Shown in pieces: positions 16,340-23,731 of a stretch of DNA of 34,726 nt. The translations under genes and the position numbers were made by a program. How positions within the stretch are numbered: the stretch's first letter is position 1; every line of letters starts with the position of its first letter. The stretch lies in the NCBI GenBank assembly GCA_964444515.1, contig CAYUGY010000001.1, positions 16,945 through 51,670 of the forward strand, read 5' to 3'. The notes below the pieces were generated by a model. That model worked only from the letters and a program-made list of their open reading frames with translations, made no database searches and was not told the DNA's origin. This DNA comes from an uncultured Candidatus Saccharibacteria bacterium. GTDB taxonomy: Bacteria > Patescibacteriota > Minisyncoccia > Phycocordibacterales > UBA9973.

Positions 16340-17232
16340 TATTGATGCTCACTACTAATCTTACCTCCTAATGTTCGAAGTCCTGCCAACGCGACTTCAC
16401 CCTGTTTCTCTTTCGGAATTTTATCTGTGGGACCAAGTCCTGGTGGGTTGCCGTGCCAACGAAAATCTCGTTCGAATTCTTTGACTCCTTTACCTGGAAT
16501 TGTTTTGGCGATGATGACTGATGGCTTATCAAAGGTTGCTTTGGCTTTACCAATAGCATCATTAATCATTTCAAAATTATGTCCATCTATCTCTTGTACG
16601 TGCCAGTTGAATGATTCCCATTTTTTGTTGATGTCATTCAACGGCATAATGTCTTCAGTGAAGCCGTCGATTTGAATATTGTTGCGGTCAACAATTGCAA
16701 TCAATTTGTGCAATTTTTCTTTGCCGGCAAGCATGATCGCTTCCCAGTTTTGCCCTTCATCAAGCTCTCCGTCACCGAGCATACAATAAAAATATTTCTC
16801 ACCACTTACTCCATAATCAATACGGTCAGCCAGTGCCATACCAACTGCTTGTGACAAACCAGAACCAAGTGGACCTGATGATGTTTCAAGGCATGGCATA
16901 AATTCGCGGTGTGGATGACCCTGAAGACGAGAACCGAACTTGCGGAGTGTCAGTAGTTCAGATACCGGCATATAGCCTGCATGGGCCATTGTGGCGTATA
17001 AGACTGGATTGATGTGACCATTTGAAAGAACCAATCGGTCACGATCTTCCCACGCAGGATTCTTTGGATCATGGCGAAGTTCATGAAAATATAAGTAGGT
17101 AAAAATATCTGCCATACCAAGTGGTCCGGCAGTATGGCCACTTCCAGCAACGATAAGCATTTCAATAATTGAAATGCGAATATCATTGGCCTTGATTTCT
17201 AGCTCTTTGATTTTTGTGTCAGTAAGATTCAT
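16339..17232 (-). CDS. tkt: Transketolase, N-terminal (TPP-binding) subunit
   Basis: AGSGHTAGPLGMADIF and MLGDGELDEGQNWEA (TPP-binding GDG..EG motif). Length 297 aa. Confidence 0.92.
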   Translation of the reverse strand: MNLTDTKIKELEIKANDIRISIIEMLIVAGSGHTAGPLGMADIFTYLYFHELRHDPKNPAWEDRDRLVLSNGHINPVLYATMAHAGYMPVSELLTLRKFGSRLQGHPHREFMPCLETSSGPLGSGLSQAVGMALADRIDYGVSGEKYFYCMLGDGELDEGQNWEAIMLAGKEKLHKLIAIVDRNNIQIDGFTEDIMPLNDINKKWESFNWHVQEIDGHNFEMINDAIGKAKATFDKPSVIIAKTIPGKGVKEFERDFRWHGNPPGLGPTDKIPKEKQGEVALAGLRTLGGKISSEHQ

Positions 17233-17279
17233 TAATCTTATTATAACAAACTTATACGTTTACTAATTGTGCAAAGTAT

Positions 17280-17714
17280 TTATTTATTAAATATTTGATT
17301 AATATCACCTTTAAGCTTAAAGAGGTCTAAGTCTAGTTTATTTCTTTTTATTTTCTCGTTAAGTAGATCCAGTTTATTTTGGATTGTTGTTTGAAAAAAA
17401 GTTTCTCTATCATCTTCATTAAGTTTAAAAAAGTTTTCTTTATCAAGAACAACTGGAATACCTACAGATTTCTCTTTAGATCTATAGCTTTCAATTTCCA
17501 TCAGATGTTCACGTTCATAAGGAATCGGGTTTACATGAAATTGAAAAAGTATTAAATGGACATCTTGTCCGTAATTTTGCCATTTTAAGGATTTTAATTT
17601 TTCTTTTAATCCATTATTTCCCCATAAATAGTCTTTAACCTTTTCTTGTTCCTGTTCACAGGAATTAAAACCTGCATAAAAACCAATTATATTGTTATCA
17701 TCAGTTGTTATCAT
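17280..17714 (-). CDS. Hypothetical cytoplasmic protein, AT-rich orphan inside the pentose-phosphate operon
   Basis: ORF track. No motif recognised. Composition is visibly more AT-rich than the flanking tkt and rpe genes. Confidence 0.5.
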   Translation of the reverse strand: MITTDDNNIIGFYAGFNSCEQEQEKVKDYLWGNNGLKEKLKSLKWQNYGQDVHLILFQFHVNPIPYEREHLMEIESYRSKEKSVGIPVVLDKENFFKLNEDDRETFFQTTIQNKLDLLNEKIKRNKLDLDLFKLKGDINQIFNK

Positions 17715-17724
17715 GTTCTGTGAA

Positions 17725-18405
17725 TTATATCTTATTAAAAGCTTTTATCGTCTGTGAAATATCTCCACTATTAAAAACTCCTGTTCCTGAGACAAGCCGA
17801 GTCGCACCTGCATCAAAAAGATGTTGTGCGTTTTGCAAACTCACCCCACCATCAACACTAATATCTTTGTTCGGAAATAGTTCTCGGACAGTTGAAATTG
17901 TTTCGTATGTACTCTCTGTCAGATGTGAACCTTGTACACCAATAGTATCCATCCCCATAACTTGTACGAAATCATATTGTTCTATCGAATCTTTGTAAGT
18001 AGTAACATTTTCTTTGTGTGGAAGAATTGCAATCCCCCATTCAATATTTTCTCGGGTATATGAATCTAGTTTCTCCAAAATAGTAAGTGGATCAGATACG
18101 CTCTTTGCATGAATAATAATTCGCTTGGCACCAATACGAAGGAGGTTATCAATAATATCCTGCGGTTCTTTCATCATCAAATCCCATTCGATATCGAGTG
18201 TATCCCAAAATGGCATCGCGATTTCTTCATTGGCGAGCTTTTCAAATTGTCGTTCATTGCCCTGCCAAAATGGCCAAGTTATCGTATGAACAAATCGCCC
18301 GTCACACAAATCTATTTGCACGACTGGAACAAGCCCATTTACTTGGGCCATTTTTTCTGTTATTTCTTCGAATTTTTTGGGCAATATAGCCGGTACGATT
18401 TGCAT
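17725..18405 (-). CDS. rpe: Ribulose-phosphate 3-epimerase-like TIM-barrel protein (divergent)
   Basis: IVPAILPKKFEE...VVQIDLCDGRFV aligns with Rpe I.PSILSADF...VVHFDVMDNHYV, and SVDGGVS with EVDGGV. The two metal-ligand His positions read Q and D here. Confidence 0.65.
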   Translation of the reverse strand: MQIVPAILPKKFEEITEKMAQVNGLVPVVQIDLCDGRFVHTITWPFWQGNERQFEKLANEEIAMPFWDTLDIEWDLMMKEPQDIIDNLLRIGAKRIIIHAKSVSDPLTILEKLDSYTRENIEWGIAILPHKENVTTYKDSIEQYDFVQVMGMDTIGVQGSHLTESTYETISTVRELFPNKDISVDGGVSLQNAQHLFDAGATRLVSGTGVFNSGDISQTIKAFNKI

Positions 18406-18406
18406 G

Positions 18407-18850
18407 TTATTTGTCTATTTCATTAATTCTTCTAACATGTCGGACATCTTCTGAAAATGGTGTTTCGAGGAAAAACTTGACCGCTTGTTTTGCTTCATCG
18501 ATTGAAACAAATCGTGCGCCAAGTGATAGCACGTTTGCGTCATTGTGTTCACGCCCGAGAACAACGATTTCCAAATCACCACCATAGTATTCGATGGCAC
18601 GCACTCCTTCGTGACGGTTAGCGACAATTGCTTCACCTTGCCCTGAACCACCAATAATAATTCCACACACAGCTGTTTGACCGGCGACTTTTTCTGCTAA
18701 GGGATTGATTGTTATTGGATAGTCATCATTTGGATCATATTCATATGGACCCAAGTCTTCTATTTCATAACCTAAAGACTTCACGTATTCAATAAGTGAA
18801 GTCTTGAGTTCATATCCAGCATGGTCTGAGGCAAAATAAACGTTTGTCAT
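18407..18850 (-). CDS. rpiB: Ribose-5-phosphate isomerase B
   Basis: VYFASDHAGYELK and CGIIIGGSGQGEAIVANRHEGVRA are RpiB/LacAB family motifs. ATG 18850 is preferred over the TTG at 18865, which would overlap the upstream ORF. Confidence 0.9.
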   Translation of the reverse strand: MTNVYFASDHAGYELKTSLIEYVKSLGYEIEDLGPYEYDPNDDYPITINPLAEKVAGQTAVCGIIIGGSGQGEAIVANRHEGVRAIEYYGGDLEIVVLGREHNDANVLSLGARFVSIDEAKQAVKFFLETPFSEDVRHVRRINEIDK

Positions 18851-18851
18851 A

Positions 18852-19034
18852 TTATTTTTGTGCAATTATGTTTGGAAAAGTTTTAAAACTCCAAGTGGTA
18901 ACAAATAAACCTGGGCAAGGAGCTTTGATACAGCGAATACTATTTTCTCGAATATACGTAGGAATAATAGGTAGATAAAATCCCAAAATAACATACACGA
19001 ATAATCCATATATGATTATTTGTCTCATTTTCAT
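18852..19034 (-). CDS. 60-aa small membrane protein, hypothetical
   Basis: ORF track. One TM segment. A CIKAPCPG motif. Packed 1 nt from rpiB. Confidence 0.4.
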   Translation of the reverse strand: MKMRQIIIYGLFVYVILGFYLPIIPTYIRENSIRCIKAPCPGLFVTTWSFKTFPNIIAQK

Positions 19035-19037
19035 ATT

Positions 19038-19394
19038 TTATGCAGCCAACTGATGCTCAGTTTCTAAACCAAGTTTCTCTTCGAGTTCTTGAACTTGTGC
19101 TTCAAGTTTTACTCTTTTCACCGGGTCAGTTTCTGAAATCAATTGCATATTGATAGTATCAAGCTTTTCTTGTGTCAACATTTCTTCAGAAAGACTTGTA
19201 ACATCACCGTTTTCAAAAATTTCTTGTTCTATATGACCTTCTTTGTTTATAACTTTGTGTGACAATTCTTGACTTGTTCCGTTTTGATTTAAATCAATTG
19301 GACTATTTTCAGAAGCAGCTTGAGGTTTTTCTTGAGATGAACCTGTTTGCCCTGAAATCTTCTTAAATGTGTTTTCTAGAAAATTAAATTTCAT
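19038..19394 (-). CDS. 118-aa acidic hypothetical protein
   Basis: ORF track. Low-complexity E/Q/S-rich sequence with a C-terminal helix. Confidence 0.45.
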   Translation of the reverse strand: MKFNFLENTFKKISGQTGSSQEKPQAASENSPIDLNQNGTSQELSHKVINKEGHIEQEIFENGDVTSLSEEMLTQEKLDTINMQLISETDPVKRVKLEAQVQELEEKLGLETEHQLAA

Positions 19395-19405
19395 ATTTTT
19401 TTATA

Positions 19406-19483
19406 TTAGTTAGTAATACTATTTCCTGTCTTGATAACATGATCAACAAGCGTATAGGTGTACCCCATTTCATTACGATACCA
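19406..19483 (-). pseudogene. Duplicated 3'-terminal fragment of gap (last 25 codons plus stop)
   Basis: Translates to WYRNEMGYTYTLVDHVIKTGNSITN*, compared with the real C-terminus WYDNEMGYTYTLVDHVIKTGRTINN* (19674-19751). A 21-nt core is identical (19455-19475 = 19723-19743). No upstream gap sequence is attached. Confidence 0.75.
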
Positions 19484-19485
19484 GG

Positions 19486-19659
19486 TTATTTCAATCTTGA
19501 AACATTATAAAGTAATACTATACCAAGTAATACTTCAAAGACTCTCAACACTGCACCATGCTGAAGAAAATCTCCAAATGGTTGCATCTTCCCGGTAACA
19601 CCAGCAATTATGAAGACCAATGCTCCGATAATTGCTAAAACTTTTATAACAAAATTCAT
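19486..19659 (-). CDS. 57-aa two-TM protein (below the ORF-track cutoff), hypothetical
   Basis: My own translation gives MNFVIKVLAIIGALVFIIAGVTGKMQPFGDFLQHGAVLRVFEVLLGIVLLYNVSRLK*. It sits between the gap stop and the gap 3' fragment. Confidence 0.45.
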   Translation of the reverse strand: MNFVIKVLAIIGALVFIIAGVTGKMQPFGDFLQHGAVLRVFEVLLGIVLLYNVSRLK

Positions 19660-19673
19660 AATACTTTTTTTAG

Positions 19674-20729
19674 TTAATTATTAATCGTTCGTCCAGTTTT
19701 GATCACATGATCGACAAGTGTGTAGGTGTACCCCATTTCATTATCGTACCATGCGAGGACTTTGACAAGGTTTCCTCCTACCACACGAGTCATTTCCAAA
19801 TCAGCAATAGAAGCATGACTATTTCCCAAAATATCACTTGAAACCAATGGTTCTTCGGTAACTGCAAAAATTCCCTTCCATTTGTCTTGCAAAGAAGCTT
19901 TTTTGAGTACTTCATTTACTTCTTCTCCTGTCGTGTTTTTCTTTGAGATGAATGTCACGTCGACGATTGAACCTGCTGGTACTGGTACACGGAGTGAAAT
20001 ACCATCAAAGAGTCCTTCGAGTTTTGGATAGGCTTTGGTCACGGCGATTGCAGCACCCGTTGAAGAAGGCACGATATTTTGCGCAGCAGCACGGCCTTCA
20101 CGCAAATCTTTCTTACTTGGTCCATCGACAAGTGCTTGAGTACCAGTGTATGCGTGTGTTGTCGAAAGCACTGCTTTTTCTACCCCAAAGACTTCGTCGA
20201 GAATTCCAATCAGTGGCGATGCGCAGTTTGTTGTACAAGAAGCGTTTGAAGTGATATCACAGGTACCGAACTTTTCTTCGTTAACTCCAAGTAGAATTGT
20301 TTCTCCGTTAACAGAACCGTCCCCTTTACTTGGCGCAGAAATCACTACTTTTTTTGCACCTTGATCGATGTGGAATTTTGCTTTTTCAAATGCAGTGAAG
20401 AGTCCGGTTGATTCGACAACAACATCAATATTCAATTCTTTCCATGGAAGTTTTGTAGTATCTTTTTCTCCAATAAATTTCACCACCTTTCCATCGATAC
20501 TAATTCCACCATCTACTACTTTGACTTCATGAGGAAATTGTTTGTACACCGTATCGTATTTCAACAGATATGCGAGTGATTCGAGCGTCCCTAAATCATT
20601 CACTGCAACAATTTCAATTTCTGGTCTATTCCAGGCAATTTTTAAAAACGCACGACCGATACGACCAAATCCATTAATAGCTACGCGAACCTTTTTGTCT
20701 TTTGATCCAAATAATTTCATATGAATCAA
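19674..20729 (-). CDS. gap: Glyceraldehyde-3-phosphate dehydrogenase
   Basis: VAINGFGRIGR, SNASCTTNC (catalytic Cys) and WYDNEMGY. The TTG at 20729 has a GGTGAG Shine-Dalgarno 8 nt upstream. ATG at 20720 is the alternative start. Confidence 0.95.
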   Translation of the reverse strand: MIHMKLFGSKDKKVRVAINGFGRIGRAFLKIAWNRPEIEIVAVNDLGTLESLAYLLKYDTVYKQFPHEVKVVDGGISIDGKVVKFIGEKDTTKLPWKELNIDVVVESTGLFTAFEKAKFHIDQGAKKVVISAPSKGDGSVNGETILLGVNEEKFGTCDITSNASCTTNCASPLIGILDEVFGVEKAVLSTTHAYTGTQALVDGPSKKDLREGRAAAQNIVPSSTGAAIAVTKAYPKLEGLFDGISLRVPVPAGSIVDVTFISKKNTTGEEVNEVLKKASLQDKWKGIFAVTEEPLVSSDILGNSHASIADLEMTRVVGGNLVKVLAWYDNEMGYTYTLVDHVIKTGRTINN

Positions 20730-20740
20730 TTATATCACTC

Positions 20741-21000
20741 ACCACCCCCGAGACAAACGAAAAACCACCCGAGACAAGCTTGGGTGGGAAAGTTATTCTC
20801 TTTTGCTTTGTGATTTACCGGACTTAGTTTGTTCCCTAAATTTATAAAAAGTCCAACGGACCCCCTTGAAATCAACTGATTCCAATTCACCTCAATACCA
20901 TGAGTTTGGTATTTGTACACAATAATGTACACAGACAACGTGTGTGACCGGATATTTAGTGTCCATCTCCTGTTCGCTCGCTACTACTTGGGACGACAAC
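20741..21000 (-). promoter_or_regulatory. Long structured non-coding region upstream of gap (candidate leader/attenuator or ncRNA)
   Basis: About 360 nt lack a credible ORF. Minus-strand hairpins are aatacca/tggtatt (20894-20913) and tgtaca/tgtaca (20914-20931). A terminator-like ccaccc-11 nt-gggtgg plus UUUUU lies at 20760-20787. The box accaccc(cc)gagacaa is duplicated (20741-56 and 20764-77). Confidence 0.35.
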
Positions 21001-21050
21001 AAAAGAACTTTATTTATGAAGTAGATAATAGCATATTCTAAAGTTTAAAA

Positions 21051-21077
21051 AACCGCTTCAATTCAAAAGAAGCGGTT
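21051..21077 (-). terminator. Terminator after the 21093..21314 gene
   Basis: aaccgcttc / gaagcggtt is a 9-bp stem, followed by a T-run on the minus strand. Confidence 0.7.
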
Positions 21078-21092
21078 GAAAATTCTTTCTTT

Positions 21093-21314
21093 TTAATCGA
21101 TAACCCTATAAAAAGGAACCTGTGAACCTTCTTCATAAAAACGCTCAAGTCTCTGTTCGTAGAGCAAATTGTCGATAAACCACCACAAATCATTTGGGTC
21201 CAACGAATTTTGACTACAAAATTCTTTTTTTAAGACATAATCGGATGGCTTTTTTTCTTTAACAAAAGACAAAAGGGCCTTTTCAGCTTGATGTAATTCC
21301 TGGAGAGTATTCAT
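21093..21314 (-). CDS. 73-aa hypothetical protein
   Basis: ORF track, trimmed to ATG 21314 (MNTLQELHQ..). The longer version would leave only 18 nt for the divergent rmuC promoter. Confidence 0.4.
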   Translation of the reverse strand: MNTLQELHQAEKALLSFVKEKKPSDYVLKKEFCSQNSLDPNDLWWFIDNLLYEQRLERFYEEGSQVPFYRVID

Positions 21315-21365
21315 ACTAGTTAGGTTTACTATAGAACATTTACCCGTAATCATTATATACAAAAG

Positions 21366-21374
21366 TGCTATAAT
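21366..21374 (+). promoter_or_regulatory. Extended -10 element (TGcTATAAT) 6 nt upstream of the rmuC ATG
   Basis: tgctataat aacaat ATG. The spacing predicts a leaderless or near-leaderless rmuC transcript. No Shine-Dalgarno is present. Confidence 0.4.
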
Positions 21375-21380
21375 AACAAT

Positions 21381-22430
21381 ATGAACACAATATTTTTCAT
21401 CGTAATTATTGCATTATTGGCCGGAGTTCTGTTTTTTTTGTTAAAAAAACAACATGCCGCCCCTGCCCCAACTGACCAAAGTGGGCTCAATCTCCTCCTC
21501 CAACAAATCAACGAACTTTCTCGTACGGTGGATGAAAAACTTTCTCATTCACAAAAAGAAGTCGCGGAGAATATGCGCTTCCAAAGCACCCAATCCCAGA
21601 CACTGATTCGTGACATTACCGAAAAACTCACACGCTTAGATGAGACAAACAAGCAGGTCATTTCATTTACCGATCAATTGCAGAGCCTGCAAGACATTTT
21701 GAAAAACCCAAAACAGCGTGGCATCTTGGGTGAATATTATTTGGAAACATTATTGAAGAATGTGCTTCCACCAGGAAGTTATCAGATGCAATATCCATTT
21801 GCAGATGGAACAATTGTCGACTCGGTGGTATTTGTCAAAGACAAAATTATTCCGATTGATTCAAAATTCTCACTTGAAAATTACAATCGTATTTCTGAAA
21901 CAAATGATCCGCAAGAAAAGGAACGTCTGGAAAAAGTCTTCGTGAATGATTTGAAAAATCGTATTACTGAAACAGCAAAATATATCCAACCAGAAAACGG
22001 TACAATGGAATTTGCCTTTATGTTCATTCCTCACGAAGCAATTTATTATGATCTGATTGTGAACAAGATCGGAGCAATGCAAACCGAAGATACAGAAAAC
22101 CTAATTCAGCGCGCAGCATCTAAATATAAAGTTATCATTGTTTCTCCGACCTCATTCCTCGCCTATTTGCAAACAGTACTTCAAGGATTGAAAGCATTAC
22201 AAATCGAAGAAAGTGCAAAAGATATTGTGAAGCGCGTTGACGAGCTCGGTAAACACTTGAAAGCCTACGAAGAATATCACGGCAAGCTTGGCACCTCTCT
22301 CTCAACTGTCATCAATCACTACAACAACTCAAACAAAGAATTGAAAAAAGTAGATAAGGATGTGATGCGAATAACTGGAACTGCGATAGATATAGAGACG
22401 GTAGCGATTGATAAACCGAGTGAAGAATAA
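21381..22430 (+). CDS. rmuC: DNA recombination protein RmuC
   Basis: N-terminal TM segment, a coiled coil, and the nuclease-like core with IVDSVVF..IIPIDSKFSLENY (RmuC D.KFPLE.Y motif). Length 349 aa. Confidence 0.85.
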   Translation: MNTIFFIVIIALLAGVLFFLLKKQHAAPAPTDQSGLNLLLQQINELSRTVDEKLSHSQKEVAENMRFQSTQSQTLIRDITEKLTRLDETNKQVISFTDQLQSLQDILKNPKQRGILGEYYLETLLKNVLPPGSYQMQYPFADGTIVDSVVFVKDKIIPIDSKFSLENYNRISETNDPQEKERLEKVFVNDLKNRITETAKYIQPENGTMEFAFMFIPHEAIYYDLIVNKIGAMQTEDTENLIQRAASKYKVIIVSPTSFLAYLQTVLQGLKALQIEESAKDIVKRVDELGKHLKAYEEYHGKLGTSLSTVINHYNNSNKELKKVDKDVMRITGTAIDIETVAIDKPSEE

Positions 22431-22469
22431 AATAAAAGTGCGATGGACGAAGTCCATCGCGCTTTTATT
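22431..22469. terminator. Bidirectional terminator
   Basis: aataaaagtgcgatggac gaa gtccatcgcgcttttatt is an 18-bp stem with one G-U pair. Confidence 0.75.
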
Positions 22470-22484
22470 TTATTCTTCTCTAGA

Positions 22485-22916
22485 CTAACGATCGTGGATA
22501 ATTTTTCCTCCATTAATCATACCAACAGCTTGATTAAGTATTTTATATTGAGCTTTTAATTCATCTGAGGCAGGCATTGAATTCATTAGAGAGACAATCG
22601 GGATCAGGTCATTCTTGGCTGGGTTTCTCAAGACTTGAGCTTGTGTATCAGCAGGATCTGTTATTGCAAACAAAGCGTCTAGTGGATATTTTTCTTTGAA
22701 TTCGAAAATCAATTTTTCAAACTCAGCTTTTTTGTGTTCGATACCAGACTCAAGATCAACAGGAGCGAATTTCCCAGGATTGTTATTTTCATATTGTTCT
22801 AGCAATTCTCTTCCTTCAGAATCAGGAACATTACTATCTTTTACTTCGAAAGAATGTTCTATTGGTGTTTCTTCTTTTTTAGGTTGTGGGTCAAATTCTA
22901 TGTTCATTTCATTCAT
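22485..22916 (-). CDS. Acidic hypothetical protein
   Basis: ORF track, start trimmed to ATG 22916 (the track start at 22952 is TTG). No motif recognised. Confidence 0.45.
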   Translation of the reverse strand: MNEMNIEFDPQPKKEETPIEHSFEVKDSNVPDSEGRELLEQYENNNPGKFAPVDLESGIEHKKAEFEKLIFEFKEKYPLDALFAITDPADTQAQVLRNPAKNDLIPIVSLMNSMPASDELKAQYKILNQAVGMINGGKIIHDR

Positions 22917-22993
22917 ATGTATATTATAATAACATGAATTGACCAAAGACAAGGAATGTAGTATTGTTTGAAAGGAAATATAATTATAAAAAA

Positions 22994-23428
22994 ATGAATA
23001 ATCTTAACGTTATTTTTATTGGTAACAACAAATTGGATGTAATGCCTTATTTTGACAGAATTGAATTTGAATTCGAAGGAAAAATAAAAGCTGAATTTGC
23101 CAATAATCCGGAAGAAGCTTTAGAAATGATTCCAAAAGAAGGAAACTTTTTGGTAATCACAGAAGCTCTGATTCCACACGGATTTCAATTACCTGCTGAA
23201 TACGGAACAGAAAGAACTGCTGGAACAATATTTTTGATTGAAGCAGCACACCAGAAAAACCCTGAATGTAAAATTATTCTGAATGATTCTGATTTCTTTG
23301 ACCTTGAAAAAGAAATAAAGAAAGAGCGAAAATTTGATTGCTATATCAACAGCCTACACAAAGAGGCATATGATCTTCTTTTTAGAAAAATTCGCGAGTA
23401 TCTCAAAATCAGACAGCTTGTTAATTAA
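22994..23428 (+). CDS. Hypothetical protein with CheY-like (pseudo-receiver) pattern
   Basis: An alternating beta/alpha pattern. NVIFIGNN replaces the acidic pocket. FLVITEALIP replaces DxxMP, with Glu where the phospho-Asp would be. This is a weak, by-eye assignment. Start ATG 22994 is preferred to TTG 22964. Confidence 0.4.
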   Translation: MNNLNVIFIGNNKLDVMPYFDRIEFEFEGKIKAEFANNPEEALEMIPKEGNFLVITEALIPHGFQLPAEYGTERTAGTIFLIEAAHQKNPECKIILNDSDFFDLEKEIKKERKFDCYINSLHKEAYDLLFRKIREYLKIRQLVN

Positions 23429-23436
23429 CAATATCG

Positions 23437-23463
23437 ATCACCTCCTTGGAGGTGATTTTTTTG
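23437..23463 (+). terminator. Rho-independent terminator
   Basis: atcacctcc tt ggaggtgat followed by tttttttg. Confidence 0.7.
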
Positions 23464-23512
23464 TTTTGATTCCATTTTTTATATTTTGTGTTATTATCAT
23501 AGTGTAATAAAT

Positions 23513-23584
23513 GGCTCTATCGTCTATCGGTTAGGACACATCCTTCTCAAGGATGGAAGCAGGGTTCGATTCCCTGTAGAGTCA
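23513..23584 (+). tRNA. tRNA-Glu (anticodon CUC)
   Basis: 72-nt cloverleaf: acceptor ggctcta/tagagtc, D arm gtct..ggac, anticodon arm catcc-TTCTCAA-ggatg, T arm caggg-ttcgatt-ccctg, discriminator A. No encoded CCA. Confidence 0.9.
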
Positions 23585-23590
23585 CAATAT

Positions 23591-23616
23591 AAAAAAGCCT
23601 TCGTTGGGGCTTTTTT
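23591..23616 (+). terminator. Terminator after tRNA-Glu
   Basis: aaaaaagcc ttcgttgg ggctttttt. Confidence 0.6.
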
Positions 23617-23731
23617 ATATTGTAACGAAAAGAAAGCAAAACACTTTGCTTTCGTCAGGAATCGAAAGATTTTTCGGTCTACGAATTTTTGTATCAAAAA
23701 TTTGTCGAAAAATACCTGGCTATGTAGTAGC

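Noticed and set aside
20735-20938. A 67-aa ORF (and a 24-aa ORF from ATG about 20965) in the gap upstream region could be protein-coding or a leader peptide.
   Set aside because: The sequence (..VYKYQTHGIEVNWNQ..CLGWFFVCLGGGE) has no protein-like features or homology signal. There is no properly spaced Shine-Dalgarno, and the frame runs through the hairpins. The region is treated as non-coding RNA or leader instead.
20730-21092. The region could be a housekeeping RNA gene (RNase P RNA, tmRNA, SRP RNA, 6S RNA).
   Set aside because: I looked for several hallmarks on both strands: GAGGAAAGTCCGGGC and ACAGAA..CCGCC type RNase P blocks, a tRNA-like GGTTCGA..CCACCA 3' end with a tag ORF, and the SRP GGAA-tetraloop domain IV motif (GTCCGGAAGGAAGCAGC). 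Only a weak AAGTCCGG match is present, which is not enough to call any of these.
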